Part shown: one piece after another, positions 50,354-63,551 of the stretch
Position numbering within the stretch: position 1 is the first letter of the stretch
How the letters are laid out: each line of letters opens with the position of its first letter
NCBI RefSeq assembly: GCF_006345805.1
Contig: NC_042999.1
Coordinates: forward strand, 124,434,001-124,498,000
DNA from: Octopus sinensis
Lineage: Eukaryota
Length of the DNA: 64,000 nt
Direction: 5' to 3'
The notes under the pieces: generated by a model
What the model was told of the DNA's origin: nothing
Seen by the model: only the letters and a program-made list of their open reading frames with translations
Database searches by the model: none
Position numbers and translations under genes: made by a program

Positions 50354-52742
50354 GTCTACAGAACAGTTTTCTAATTTTTTTCTTTTAACTTCTTTAAGTT
50401 ACATCACATCAGTTACCTTTACTTCTATGTATTTGTATCTGTTAAGGTTCAGTTCTCTAAATTCGGTGCTTAAGAATTTTACTTCAACTGTTTCCTGTTC
50501 AAATAACTTTCATACATCTATTTAATTCCACAATAATTTTAACATCAATAATTCGTTTTTGGATTTGGTTTGCAAGATTCTTTATATGAGTTCATGTGTT
50601 GAAAGTAAAAATAAGAAATAAGTGGAAATTTTACTGGTGAGTGTGTTAAATTATAAGGCACAAAAAGAAAATGACTCTCCCCAGACACAACAGAATTTAA
50701 CATCAATGTTTACCCTTTTTTTCTCAAATGTATAGGTTTTCTCAGTTTAAAATTGCTTATACAGAGAAAATGTTTTGCGGCTACACAATATTTTTTGTAA
50801 CCAACAGTCTATAGGAAATAAGGAGTTGTCAAAAAATTCCCTATTTTACAAGGACATGACTGGAATATTTTGTTTTGTTTTTGTTGATCATTTTCTATTT
50901 TCTATTTTCACAAAGCATGGTTAATATACTGCTTTGGTACAGGGGCTATTTTATTTGTGTATAGAGTCACCAATATTCAGAAATGTAGTATGTTGTAAAA
51001 AGATTTTTAGGTATTCAGTCTAATTAAAGCTTTAAGATATTTTGCATTTTTTTTTGTTGGTATTTTTTGTTGTTGTTTTAATTTTCAATAACTGCTTTAT
51101 TTATTTTTTATGTCTCTCTACTCTTCTGCTAAAATATTATAATCTTGCAGATGTAGAACCAGCTTGTTAGTGAAGTATTGATGTAAGGACATTATATATC
51201 ACTGATAAACAGTCTATTTGTCTACATTTTTTTGTTTTTAAGGAGTATATTTTTTTCCCCTGCTAGTAACCAGTCAGGTGCCGATTTTCGTCTCTCTGAT
51301 AATTCAATGAATGTGGTTGCTATAACTCCATATATAACTGGTTAACTGTGTTAGCCTGAACTCGGGATATTATCAATTCCAGTTGCTAGCTGTTTAGAAT
51401 GTGTTGGTGAAATCCCCATTAGTTATGCTAGGCCATGTCTATGATGTTATTGGTTTTGACGGTGGCAGCAGAGGGGGTGGGGGTGGATTTTCCTCTCCCC
51501 CCATCTCTCTCTCTTGTACACTGTGCATCTTTATTCTGTTGAATATCTTTATTCCATTCTTTTATTCTCAGAATGACTTGATTTCTATTAATGCTGGTAT
51601 GTCTCTCAATATATATTTTTTTTAGTAATGTTCCAGTAAAATGTTTTACTATTTGTTTCAAATACATGATTCAAATGGAAGAAACGTTCATGTATTTCAA
51701 TGTATTTTATCCAACATGGTTTGCCAGGAGAAGCAGTTGTTTTCATTTTCCTTCTCTATTCCTGCTACTATACACATTTTTCTATCAATATTTGTTTAGT
51801 TTATTTCTTTACTCTATTAGGTCCCCACCCTTTCTCTTATGTTAAGTAATGATAGGCCTTTTCTCTTTTTGTTATACATTTTCTTTCTACAGCTATTTAT
51901 TTATCATTTTTATTCCTTGTTTATTTTGCAAGAGGAGGTGGGCTTTCTCTATTTAAGTTGAGCCAGGCTTCTCATCATACTACTTGACTACTAAGTAAAT
52001 TGTGTTATTTAGCATATTCATGTTCTGCTTTGTTTCAGCTGAAAGAATTTCTTGTGGGGTGAATTTCTAGTTGTATTTAGCTATTTTTCCCTGAAACATT
52101 TGTTTGTTCATAGCTTGGGAGAATATTCTCATTGATCCATGTTGATTGATTTTGTTATGGTCAATTCTTCTGTTTTATTTATTGTTTCTCTTAGATACTC
52201 CTCATTGTTTATTCTGCTTATTCTGTATGATGCATGTTATTATTCCATTTGTTATTTTATGCAAGGCCAAAGAGATTTTTGTTGTAACTGGATATTCAAA
52301 TGATTATTTCTATAAGCTCTTGTGTGCTCACCCACTTTCTGATTTTTTTTTTATTTGTTTTTATATTATTATGTATTTGATTTTAGTTTGTAATGATGAC
52401 TTGTCCTTTTTCATGTGTGGTGGTCAGTTCTGCAGAGTTTTGAAGGCTCATCAGCTAATCATTTCTATTGTTCTTTTACCTTTTTGCTAGTTTCATTCGT
52501 TGAACTACAGCCATGCTGGAGCACTGCCTTGAGGAATTTAATCAAAGAAATTGCTTCCAGGACATATTGTAAGTCTGGTATCTACTCCTCCATTCTCTTT
52601 TTGTCAAACCATTAAGCTATAGTAATGCAAACAAACCAACACAATTAGTCAAGTGGTGAAATAACTAAAGCAAACACAAAGATGCACATACACACACACA
52701 TACAAAAGCATATACACATATATTTACTCACACACACACATA

Positions 52743-53060
52743 TCATTACCATCATTTAACGTCTGTTTTCCATCCTGACATGGGTTGGATGGTTTGACAG
52801 GAGCTGTCAATATATTCAAGTGTTGGGCCACACAGAGGCAATGTGGCTGATGCTGGCATCATGCAACTGGCAACCATGCTGATGGTATGTAAAAGCATCC
52901 ATTACACTGTTATGGTTAGTGTTAGGAAGGGCATCCAGCCATAGAAACCCTTGTCAAATCAGACTGGAGTCTAGTGCCGCTCCTCAGCTTACCAGCCCTG
53001 ATCAAACTGTTCAATCCATGCTAGCATGGACACCAGACATTAAGTGATGATGATGATGAG
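52743..53060. mobile_element. Two RTE 3' ends in opposite orientation
   Basis: - copy at ~52743-52810 and + copy at ~52860-53060 with a (GAT)n tail. Confidence 0.7.
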
Positions 53061-53674
53061 GAGGAGGAGGAGGAGAATGTATGTATGTATATATTTTGTG
53101 TTATGCTATGAATTTTTGATTTGAAACAAACATAAAAAGCTACTCCCAATCATTGTTACAGTATCAGCCTATGTGGAGTCTGGATCAACTAGTTTGTACT
53201 GGCATTGAGTCATACAAGTTATAATAATGAAGTCAAACCAAATAGTGATATTTTGAAACCATTTAATATATGTTTCAGGCTTACATAACATATAATAAGA
53301 AATGTATCCATTACATAACCTTCCTCACTTAAAACATTTCAAAATACGAAGCAATTGATGAATATATTTCAATATATATGACTAAAGCAGTAAATTGGCT
53401 GCTAAGTTAGAAGGCTGAATATGTATATAGAAGGGATTTCTCTCTCTCTTTTGCTCCCTCTCCTTCTGTCTCCCTTCTTTATTGCCCACTGTAAACATAT
53501 CCATCCTCCTTAGTAACCAAATTACAGCTCTAACCATATATATATATTTACAAATATAAATATATACATATATATATATATATATATTGAAATATTTCCA
53601 TCAATTACTTCATATTTTGAAATGTTTTAACTGAGAAAGGTTTACGTTATGGATGCATTTCCTATGTTACATAC

Positions 53675-53985
53675 ATCATCATCATCATTTAACGTCCACT
53701 TTCCATGCTAGCATGGGTTGGATGATTCGACTGAGGACTGGTGAACCAGATGGCTGCACCAGGCTCCAATCTGATCTGACAGAGTTTCTACAGCTGGATG
53801 CTCTTCTTAATGCCAACCACTCTAAGATTGTAGTGGGTGCTTTTACGTGCCACCAGCACAAGAGCCAGTCAGGTGGTACTAACAGAAGCCATGCTCAAAT
53901 GGTATTTTTTATATGCCACATGCACAGGAGCCAGCCCAGCGGCACTGGCAATGATCTTGCTTGAATGTTTTTTCACGTGCCATCG
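53675..53985 (-). mobile_element. RTE 3'-UTR fragment
   Basis: Family match. Confidence 0.85.
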
Positions 53986-53999
53986 ATACATATAAATAA

Positions 54000-54041
<42 letters not shown>

Positions 54042-54101
54042 TCATCATCATCATCATCATCGTTTAACGTCCGTTTTCCATGCTAGCACGGGTTGGACGA
54101 G

Positions 54102-54677
54102 CTGCAGGAGTGGCTGTGTGGTAAGTAGCTTGCTTACCAACCACATGGTTCTGGGTTCAGTCCCACTGCGTGGCATCTTGGGCAAGTGTCTTCTACTATA
54201 GACCCGGGCCGACCAAAACCTTGTGAGTTGATTTGGTAGACAGAAACTGAAAGAAGCCCATTGTATATACGTATATATATGTGTGTATGTATATGTGTGT
54301 GTATGTTTGTGTGTCTGTGTTTGTCCGACCAACACCACTTGACAACCGATGCTGGTGTGTTTACATCCCCATAACTTAGCGGTTCGGCAAAAGAGACCGA
54401 TAGAATAAGTACTGGGCTTACAAAGAATAAGTCCCGGGGTCGAGTTGCTCGACTAAAGGCGATGCTCCAGCATGGCCGCAGTCAAATGACTGAAACAAGT
54501 AAAAGAGTAAAGAGTAAAAAGTATGCATATGTGTCTATGTTTCTGTGTCTGTGTTTGCCCCCACCATCGCTTGACAACAGATGTTGGTGTGTTTACGTCC
54601 CCATAACCTAGCGGTTTGGCAAAAGAGACCGATAGAATAAGTACTAGGCTTACAAAGAATAAGTCCTAAAGTCGATT
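54102..54677 (+). mobile_element. SINE family A, full length, plus a tandem second 3' half
   Basis: Consensus match at 54102-54520. The 3' half is repeated at 54530-54677. Confidence 0.9.
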
Positions 54678-54679
54678 TC

Positions 54680-55527
54680 ATAGAATATGAACTTTTTTTG
54701 CAAACAACGAATGAAACAAATGGAAGACAAGACAAACAACACAAAGAACAACCATTCATCAGTTGTTGGCTGTTTTTCTAATCCATATTTCAAACAATTC
54801 ACGACAAGATACGCCTTCGATAAAACAGTTGCTCCCACAAAGCAAATTAAATAAAATTTGGGATTTTGCAGAGGGTCAAAATTGGTGACAAAAACAGGAC
54901 AGTGAAAACAAACAGGAAGGGCTGCTAAGCCTAAACGAGGTTGTGGTAGCGAATTTGAAGAAACAAGGTTGGACAGGAGACAGACAAGAATATATCTTCC
55001 TTGTCCAGCTGCAACAGGAAGAACGAATGAAACACAAGTTAAGAGAAGAAAGAAAAATGGTCCATGGTTACATGGGAGCCACATGAGCAAAGGAGGAAAA
55101 GTGAGAGAGAGAGAGAGAGAGAGTGACAGACTGAGAACTGTGAAGGGGAGAGGAAAAGATTTGGAGATAGGATAAGAGTGAAAAAAAGAGTGGGAGAAGG
55201 GGAGGTAAAAGAATAAGAGAAAGGAAGAGAAAAAATGATAGAGTAAAAAAATAGAATAGTTGGAGAAGAGGAAGTAAAAGAATAAGAGAAGGGAAGGGAG
55301 AAAATGAAAGAGTAATAGGAGGAATAGAGAGTTGCATCAGAATTATTAAGATAAAACTTACCTGGAAAAGGATGTGTGGCATTCAATCATATAATAATAT
55401 ATAATATATATATGCATATGTGGGCACAGGACGTTACAAAATGTAAACAACAAAAAATATGAAGTACAAGGACATGGAATATGAACTTTTTTTGTGAACA
55501 ATGAAAGAAACAAATGGAAAACAAGAC
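54680..55527 (-). mobile_element. Non-autonomous element with ~54-bp terminal direct repeat (period ~794)
   Basis: gaatatgaactttttttg..aaca..gaa.gaaacaaatggaa.acaagac occurs at both ends. GA-rich interior. CTGATGA on the - strand near 54755-54762. Confidence 0.6.
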
Positions 55528-56536
55528 GTCTATATAAATATACATATATATAATTGTGTGTATGTGTGTTTGGTGGGGTGTCTGCTTGCATTAATGATCA
55601 CTCATACAGAAGTGCACAACATGAGGTGTTGCCAGTTTCCCCTGTCAACAATTCTTCCAGATGCTTCAAGTCTTCAAAGACTTGTGGAATAATAAAAAAA
55701 AATCCCTAACTGGGAAAAAACAGATATGAATTAAAGTAAAGTAATGGGCATCCTACTGTAAAACAATGCCTCAAATAATATATTCATCTAACCCATGCTA
55801 GAATAGAAAAAGGAACATAAAAGCAATGAGAAAGAGAGCAAGTGGAAAATGAGGTGAAGGGGAGGGAGACACTATACAATATTTTCTGCTTATGATTTTC
55901 TTACATTTTATTATATATTTATTATATACTGCTACAACATGATACTCTAATGTTTTTAGTTTTTATTCTTCATATTTTGTTTATATTTTTATTACATAAA
56001 TGCTCTGGTAGAAAAAAGCAACAAAATCATTATTATTATTATTACCATTATTACTACAACTATTATTATTATTATTGTTATTATTACTATTATTATGAAT
56101 CTGGTATGTTTAACTCTGCCTCTTTAAGACTTATAGCTAAATCAATTATTTACTGTAAAAAAATATGCTGTTTTTCTCAATGACTGGCATTTAGTTTTTC
56201 TCCTTGTCATTAACATCCTGTACACAAACAGACAGCTGCACAGAAATAAATGTAGATTTTGACATTTTCCTAATGCATACATATAGCGGTCTTTATATAT
56301 TTTTATTCATTTATTTAGATATATATTGTTTTGTTTTTTTGTTTTTGTTGTTTTTTAGCTTTGTATTTTGTAGTTGGTTTATGTTTGTTTTTCTGTTTTG
56401 TTTTTGTTCCATTTCCATTCTTAGTACAATCTCAGTGACAGTGACATACTCCATCGTTGACAGATATGTGGTCAGCCATGCACTGTTTTGCTTTTTGACC
56501 AGTAGAATAATGTTTTTGTTCTTTCTAGCCATCTTT

Positions 56537-56582
<46 letters not shown>

Positions 56583-56681
56583 TTTTCTCTCTCTCACTCT
56601 CTCATACACATAACCCTCACACACACTAGCTTATGTATATGTGTGTGTGTTTATGCATGTCTATGTGTGTATATGTATGTG

Positions 56682-56751
<70 letters not shown>

Positions 56752-57192
56752 CCTGAAGATTTCTCTTGAATGAAACAGTTCTAGTCCTGTAGAAGCTCCT
56801 TCTATATAATAAATTAATTTTACTCTGCTATGTATTGAGTACCTTATTTACTGTGGTTAACCCCGAATCAACCCGGGACCTACATATATATATATATATG
56901 TAGCACACATACATACAAGCACACATATGTAACTGCATATATGTGTGAGTGTATGTGTGTGTGTGTATATATATATACATATATATATACATATACATAT
57001 ATGTGTGTGTATGTATGTATGCATGCATGTATGTAGGTATGTATATGCATACACACGCAAACACACACATATGCATGTATAAGTTTGGTGACGCAAGCAG
57101 AAAACTATAACTCAAAACATGTATTTGGCAGGGTATGAGTGAATGAAAGGATGGATGGATGGATGGATGGATGGACAGACAGACAGTCAGGC

Positions 57193-57227
<35 letters not shown>

Positions 57228-58063
57228 TAGATGCATACATACATACATACATACATACATACATACATACATACATACATACATACATACATACATACAT
57301 ACATCTATTCTTTCATATTGCTGAGACATTATTTTACAACCAGATACCTTTCCTGTCACTAACCTTTACTTGTCTTCCAAAATAACAGATCACTTTTCCA
57401 CAAATCTTTGATGGTGTAAAGAACTGAAAATAGCAACACTGCTGAAAGTGAACAAATTTCATGGAAGCAAGTGCAAGCAACACGAATACACACATGCTTG
57501 ATTCACCGAAAAGAGATGATAGTGTTTGTTACCTAGATGAGATAATTAGTAGGGGAAGTGGTTCCTTGAGAAGTACAGTTATCAGGATAAGAACTGGTCG
57601 GAGAAAGTTCAGTGAGTAACTACCACTGCTGGCAAAGAATCTTCCCCACCACCCCAGATGGTATGACTCTTGTGTCAGAAGTGCAATGATGTAAGTTAGT
57701 GAGATATACACCTTGATTGAAGACTGAGAAAACCAGAAAGAAATGAAGTGATCATGCTGCATTGGATATTCTAAGTGTGCAGCATGGAAGATGTTTGTAA
57801 ACCATTCAAGAACACACAAATATTGTTAGTTTCACTTCAACATTAAAACTTCGTATGTGTCAAAATATTTTTATCATTTTGAAATTGCAACCTGATCACT
57901 GACAAGACCTCCCAAAAGTGATGCAGCACGAAGTTTTGCCAGTGAACAGCACACACACACACACACACACACAGAGGCATGAACACACATACATTTATTG
58001 CCTTTCATTTGCGTGTATCTATGTGTATCCGTGAGTGTGTATTGGTGTGTGTGTGTGTGTGGT

Positions 58064-58127
<64 letters not shown>

Positions 58128-58629
58128 ACTGTTGAAGTTATATTTGGAAACTATGAATAAGGTGCAAATTTCGAGTACTTGTCGGTAACTTTTTTTTTCT
58201 CGTTTTCTAATAATAATTTCCCAACTTTCTAGGTTCTTCTCACAGCTATCCTGCATTCAAAAATTATATGGGTATTTAAAAAAATTTCATTTGGTAAATA
58301 ATGTTTTTACATCACGTATACATTAATAGTGAATTAAAACTTAAAAGAGAAAGTGAGAGACTTTGCGAATGAAAATGGAATACTCTGCAATGAATGCAAT
58401 GAATATTTAAATTTTTGATGAATTGGACGCAGTGAATATTTAAATTTGAGAAATTGGAGTTTAAAAAATTTAATAAACTTGAGAAATCGAAATTATAGGA
58501 AATTTCTGAGAACATGAATTTATAAAAATATTTCCAGACGGTCAACTCTTTAATAATTGCTTTCTTTTAGTACTTTTAGTAATTGTTACATACCTAAGTA
58601 ATAAGCAGCTTTTTCCATTATAGTAGAAA

Positions 58630-58821
58630 TATACATATATGTGTGTGTGACTTTGTGTTTGTCCTCCACCACCACTTGACAACTGGTGTTGGTGTGTCTA
58701 CATCCCTATAACTTGGCAGTTCAGCAAATGAGACCAATAGAATAAGTACCGGGGTCAATTCGTTTGACTAAAGATTCAAAGCATGGCTGCTGTCTAATGA
58801 CTGTAACAAGTAAAAGATAAA

Positions 58822-58825
<4 letters not shown>
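58630..58825 (+). mobile_element. SINE family A 3' half
   Basis: Consensus match. Confidence 0.8.
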
Positions 58826-58903
<78 letters not shown>

Positions 58904-59144
58904 GTATATACACATGTCCACAAAGACCTCTTCACTCATCTCCTCCTCAAATCACCCTCCCCACACCCATCATTTCTCTCAGTGCAGCTCTCCTTTGATG
59001 CCCCTTTATTCTTGCTACCTGGAATGAGCTGGACAGATTTACAAGAACTGGAGAGCCAGAGGACTCCAGCAAACACTACTGTCTGCTTTGGCATGTTTCT
59101 ATGTCTAGACGTCCTTCTTAATACCATGTGTGTGAGTGTGAGTG

Positions 59145-59182
<38 letters not shown>

Positions 59183-59881
59183 GCAAGAGAGAGGGAAAGA
59201 GAGAGAGCACAATAGGTAAGTATATATCTTCAGATGTATACATATGTGTATGCCTGTGTGTAATGTGTGAGTGATTTTGTATGTGTGTATGTGTGTATGT
59301 TAAAGGACCTATTAAAATGGCAAGGATATAACAAATGAGTTATACTTCATTGCACTCTTAATTTCTTCAAAAACAGGTTCTTGAGGCATAAACATTCATT
59401 CACCAATTATGAATTGATACATTTAGCATCATTACCTGATCACATTTGGATTTTGAAGTCAAAACATATTGATTTTAGGCTCGAATGGAGTAGTTTAGGT
59501 TCTCCACTGCCATATAGAGGTGAGAATATAAATGTTGGCTATGTACATATGAAGCCATTTAAATATTAGTAGCAGAAATTAATCTCTTAAACAAAAACAA
59601 ATGAAATTATCATTAGTTGCAATCATAAGAGCTTCAAAACTTTCAAGTTGTATGAAGTAGGATGTAGATATAATTGAAAAATGAAATTATTTCCCTGATT
59701 AAAAGTATTTTAACATAAAGCTTAAAATTATGTATCAATAACTCTATTGTAAATACTCCTCCAATTTACTTTCTTCATAATCAGTCTTTACATTAAAATA
59801 TACCTTATGCTTTTGACAAACTTGATCTATCCTATGTGTCCTTGATATAATTTCATAACTTAATTATTATAATTTAATTAA

Positions 59882-60092
59882 TATGAGGTGTATTCAAAAA
59901 GTATCCAACTTCATTCCTTCCTGTCAAAACTAATGCCATATGAGCAAAATCCTTTGGGTGGGAAGTGACACCACCCTTCCTGTGCATGTATGAAACTTTT
60001 TGTACATGTGCAGGAACAGTGACATGTCCCCCCACTCAAAGGTTTTTGCCCATGTGGCATTAATTTTGGATACTTTTTGAATGCACCTCATG
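59882..60092. mobile_element. Mariner-type palindromic MITE
   Basis: TIRs tgaggtgtattcaaaaagtatccaa / ttggatactttttgaatgcacctca. The interior is also self-complementary. Confidence 0.8.
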
Positions 60093-60314
60093 TATGACTA
60101 GGCAGGACTGAACATTTTATTCAGCTTTCAGCATTCTTTATATATGTGTGTCTATATATGTGTATCTCTGAATACAAAATACTTCATCACTTTTCACTAT
60201 CTCTGCCCATGGCAGAATGCACTCAAGTCAGGCTTTTGAATGGTAAGGAAGCTACTTACGACACAGCTATTCCTGCTCATGTAAAGCCACTCCTGCACCT
60301 ATATGTACAGATAC

Positions 60315-62240
60315 ATCATCATCATCATCATCATCGTTAACATCCGTTTTCCATGCTGGCATGAGTTGGATGGTTTGACTGAGGACTGGCAAGCAGAAGG
60401 CTGTACCAGGCTCCAATCTGATTTGATGCTTTTCCTAGCACCAACCACTCTGAGAGTGAAGTGGGTGCTTTTTACGTGCCACCAGCACGAGGGCCAGTCA
60501 GGCAGTGTTGACATCAACCACACTGGAATGGTGCTTTTTACGTGCCACTGGCACAGGAATCAGTCAGGTGGTACTGGCAATGATCATGCTTGAATTGTGC
60601 CTATAACATGCCACTGGTGCCTGTCAGGCAGTACTGGCATCAACCAAAACAATGATTTCACTTGACTCAACATGTCTTCGCAAGCACAGTTTATTGCCCA
60701 ATGACTAAAGTGTACTCTTAAATGGGCTGGTTATGCTACACTGGTATAGGCAACAGATACAGTCTCACTCGGCTTGCTTGGTCTTCTCAAGAACAGCATA
60801 TCTCCGAAGCTCTCGGTCACTCATCATCACCTCAGTGAGACATAATGTTTGAAGATCGTGCTTCACCACCTCATCCCAGGTTTTCTATCTCTTCCACAGA
60901 TTCCCTCTACTGCTAGGGTGTGATACTTTTTACACAGCTGTCCTCATCCATACACAACACATCACCATACCAGTGCAGTCGTCTCACTTGCACACCACAT
61001 CTGATGCTTCTTTCGTCCAACTTTTCTCTCAGGATGCTTATATTTTGTCATGTATGCACACCAACATTATACATCCAGTGGAACATACTAGCTTCATTTC
61101 TTGCAAACTTACACATGTCCTCATCAGTCATGGCCCATGTTTCACTGCCATGTAGCATAGCTGTTCGCACACGTGTCATACAATCTACCTTTCACAGTTA
61201 GCAAGAGGCTCTTTGTTACCAGCAGAGGTAGGAGCTTTCTGAACTTTGCCCAGGCTACTCATATTCTAGCAGCTACGCTTTCAGAGCAATCAACCCCACT
61301 ACTAACTTGGTCACCTAGGTAATGGAAGCTATCAACTACTTCCAGTTTTTCTCCCTGGTATGTGATGGAAGCTGTTTTCTGCACATTCTCAGTGTTTATT
61401 GCCTCTGAGTATTTACCACACACAAAAACTATCTTCCCAGTTATCTTAGATATTGCTGCACCTCTTATGTGTCCATCATTTACACCATGTACATCTTATG
61501 GATTTTCTACCTACGCCTTTTCTACAGATCAAGCAGGGTCATTTATCTAAAGGGATTTGTGATTTGTCTGTCTTCCTACTTACTGAGACTTTGGATTTTG
61601 CTAGATTGACTCTAAGGTCCTTCGATTCTAGACCTTGCTTCCACACCTAAAACTTTCCTCTAGTTCTGATAGTGATTCAGCTATTAGAGCAAGGTCATCA
61701 GCATAGAGAATCTCCCAGGGGTACTGATCCTCACCTTACTGACAGCATCCCTGTACATGGCTTGTACAGCTCTCACTAACCACTCATCTATCCCTAGTTT
61801 CTGCATTGACCACCAGATAAGGGATCAGGCTATCAAAGGCTTTCTCCGTGTCAACAAAAACCAAGTATAGAGGTTTATCTTTGACTGAGTATCTCTCCTG
61901 CAGCTGTCTCATCAGAAATATAGCGTCAGTGGTGCTTTTCCCTGGCACAAACCCAAACTGCATCTTGTCTAGATTGCCTCTCTCCATAATTAGTTGGGCT
62001 ATGACCCTTTCCATGACTTTCATTACCTGATCCAGCAACTTGATAACTCTATAATTATTCATACCTAATGCATACCTTTACCTTTCTTGACTATGGTGCT
62101 GCTACACCAGTTATTGGGTATGACTCCTTGTATCACCTGATCGACTATACAGGTGACTAGACTATAGCTACACCACCAGATATTTTTGTGGTGATTCCTG
62201 ATCTTCATACCCTTAATTGCTTTATCTACCAAGGTACTGC
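60315..62240 (-). mobile_element. 5'-truncated, decayed RTE-clade LINE (RT domain plus 3' UTR)
   Basis: NYRVIKLLDQVMKVMERVI...QFGFVPGKSTTDAIFLMRQLQE...LYLVFVDTEKAFD. The catalytic LYADDL motif is at ~61692-61709 and YLG at ~61315. (GAT)n tail. Confidence 0.92.
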
Positions 62241-62285
62241 CTATTTAGATAGCTGGTACCTCTGTTGAGTCGACATTTTGCAATA

Positions 62286-62497
62286 CAGTAATCCTTCAAC
62301 TATTATGGGTGTTAGATTCCAAAATCTCACACAAAAATAAATAAAATCTAAAAAAATATAAATACCTCTTGGTTGCAGAAACCCAGATATACGGAGGAGT
62401 CCACAATAGGTGAACTGCAATGTACTGACTGTGTGATAAGTGAACTGCAATGTAATGAGTGGCGATAGCTGAACCGCGATATGGCAAGAGATTACTG
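62286..62497. mobile_element. Tigger/pogo-like MITE
   Basis: TA|cagtaatcc ... gagattactg|TA termini. Confidence 0.7.
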
Positions 62498-62541
62498 TAT
62501 TATATGCAAATATATATATTGTATATTTATATGTGTGTTTG

Positions 62542-62634
<93 letters not shown>

Positions 62635-62635
<1 letters not shown>

Positions 62636-62905
62636 GGCACAGGCGTGGCTGTGTGATAAGAAGTTTGCTTCCCAACCACATGGTTCCAGGTTCGGTCCTA
62701 CTGTGTGGCACCTTGGGCAAGTGTCTTCTATTATAGCTTCAGGCTGACCAAAGCCTTGTGAGTGGATTTGGTAGACGGAAGCTGGTTTGGCAAAGAGACC
62801 TATAGAACAAGTACAACGCTTATTTTTTCAACTAGCACCTTTTAAAGTGGTGCTCCAGTATAGCCACAGTCAAATGACTGAAACAAGTAAATGAATAAAA
62901 GAATT
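62635..62905 (+). mobile_element. SINE family A with internal deletion
   Basis: The head and tail match, but the central microsatellite is missing. Confidence 0.85.
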
Positions 62906-62966
62906 AAAGAATATATATATATTTATATATATACATATACCTATATTTATTATGATTGCTATTTTC

Positions 62967-63399
62967 CAGTAAATATCGGTGCCTCGTTGTACCATTTATT
63001 TACTTTTATATGTATAATTTTACCCTTATGGGCTATCTTTTACTGGAAAGCAATACTTTTGTATTGCATTATTATTTTCATTGAAACTTCTTCACTGTTA
63101 TCATTCTGTTAACGTTTTGGCATTCAGACGAGTGTACTGGCATAGATGTGGCAACATATGAAATTTTGTCCAGGTAAATGCAGCTGATGAAGACAAATTA
63201 AATCTACATTGTCAAACGTATTTGAAGAGTCTGAAACCGGTACTGCATTATCCAATTCTAGGTTTTTCCATTTTTCAGATGTTCTTCCTAGAGGTAAGAC
63301 AAATTTTTTTCATGTTTGTTGCACACCCTCGTCTTTGCTAGTATATACGCAGTAAATATCGGTGCCTCGTTGTACCATTTATTTACTTTTATATGTATA
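62967..63399 (+). mobile_element. Retrozyme-like element: 383-bp monomer plus 50-bp terminal redundancy, one hammerhead
   Basis: 62967-63016 equals 63350-63399 (cagtaaatatcggtgcctcgttgtaccatttatttacttttatatgtata). HHR at 63177-63249. (TA)n flanks. Confidence 0.75.
63177..63249 (+). ncRNA. Intact type I hammerhead ribozyme
   Basis: aatgcag-CTGATGA-agac-(34 nt)-gtct-GAAA-ccgg-TA-ctgcatt: 7-bp stem I, 4-bp stem II base, palindromic stem III ACCGGT. Predicted cleavage after GUA at 63242. Confidence 0.85.
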
Positions 63400-63447
63400 T
63401 ATATATATATATGTCTTCGTCTTTTGTTTGTTTTTTTCATAAACTCT

Positions 63448-63508
<61 letters not shown>

Positions 63509-63551
63509 TACACATACATACATATATATATATATATATGCATACACATGG

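Noticed and set aside
51700-52400. T-rich tracts here and at ~15550-16140 as decayed LINE coding sequence
   Set aside because: Strand bias is suggestive, but no conserved motif could be read.
56750-56790. CTGAAGA..GAAAC next to (TA)n
   Set aside because: Stem II base is mismatched and there is no stem I. At best an unrecognisable relic.
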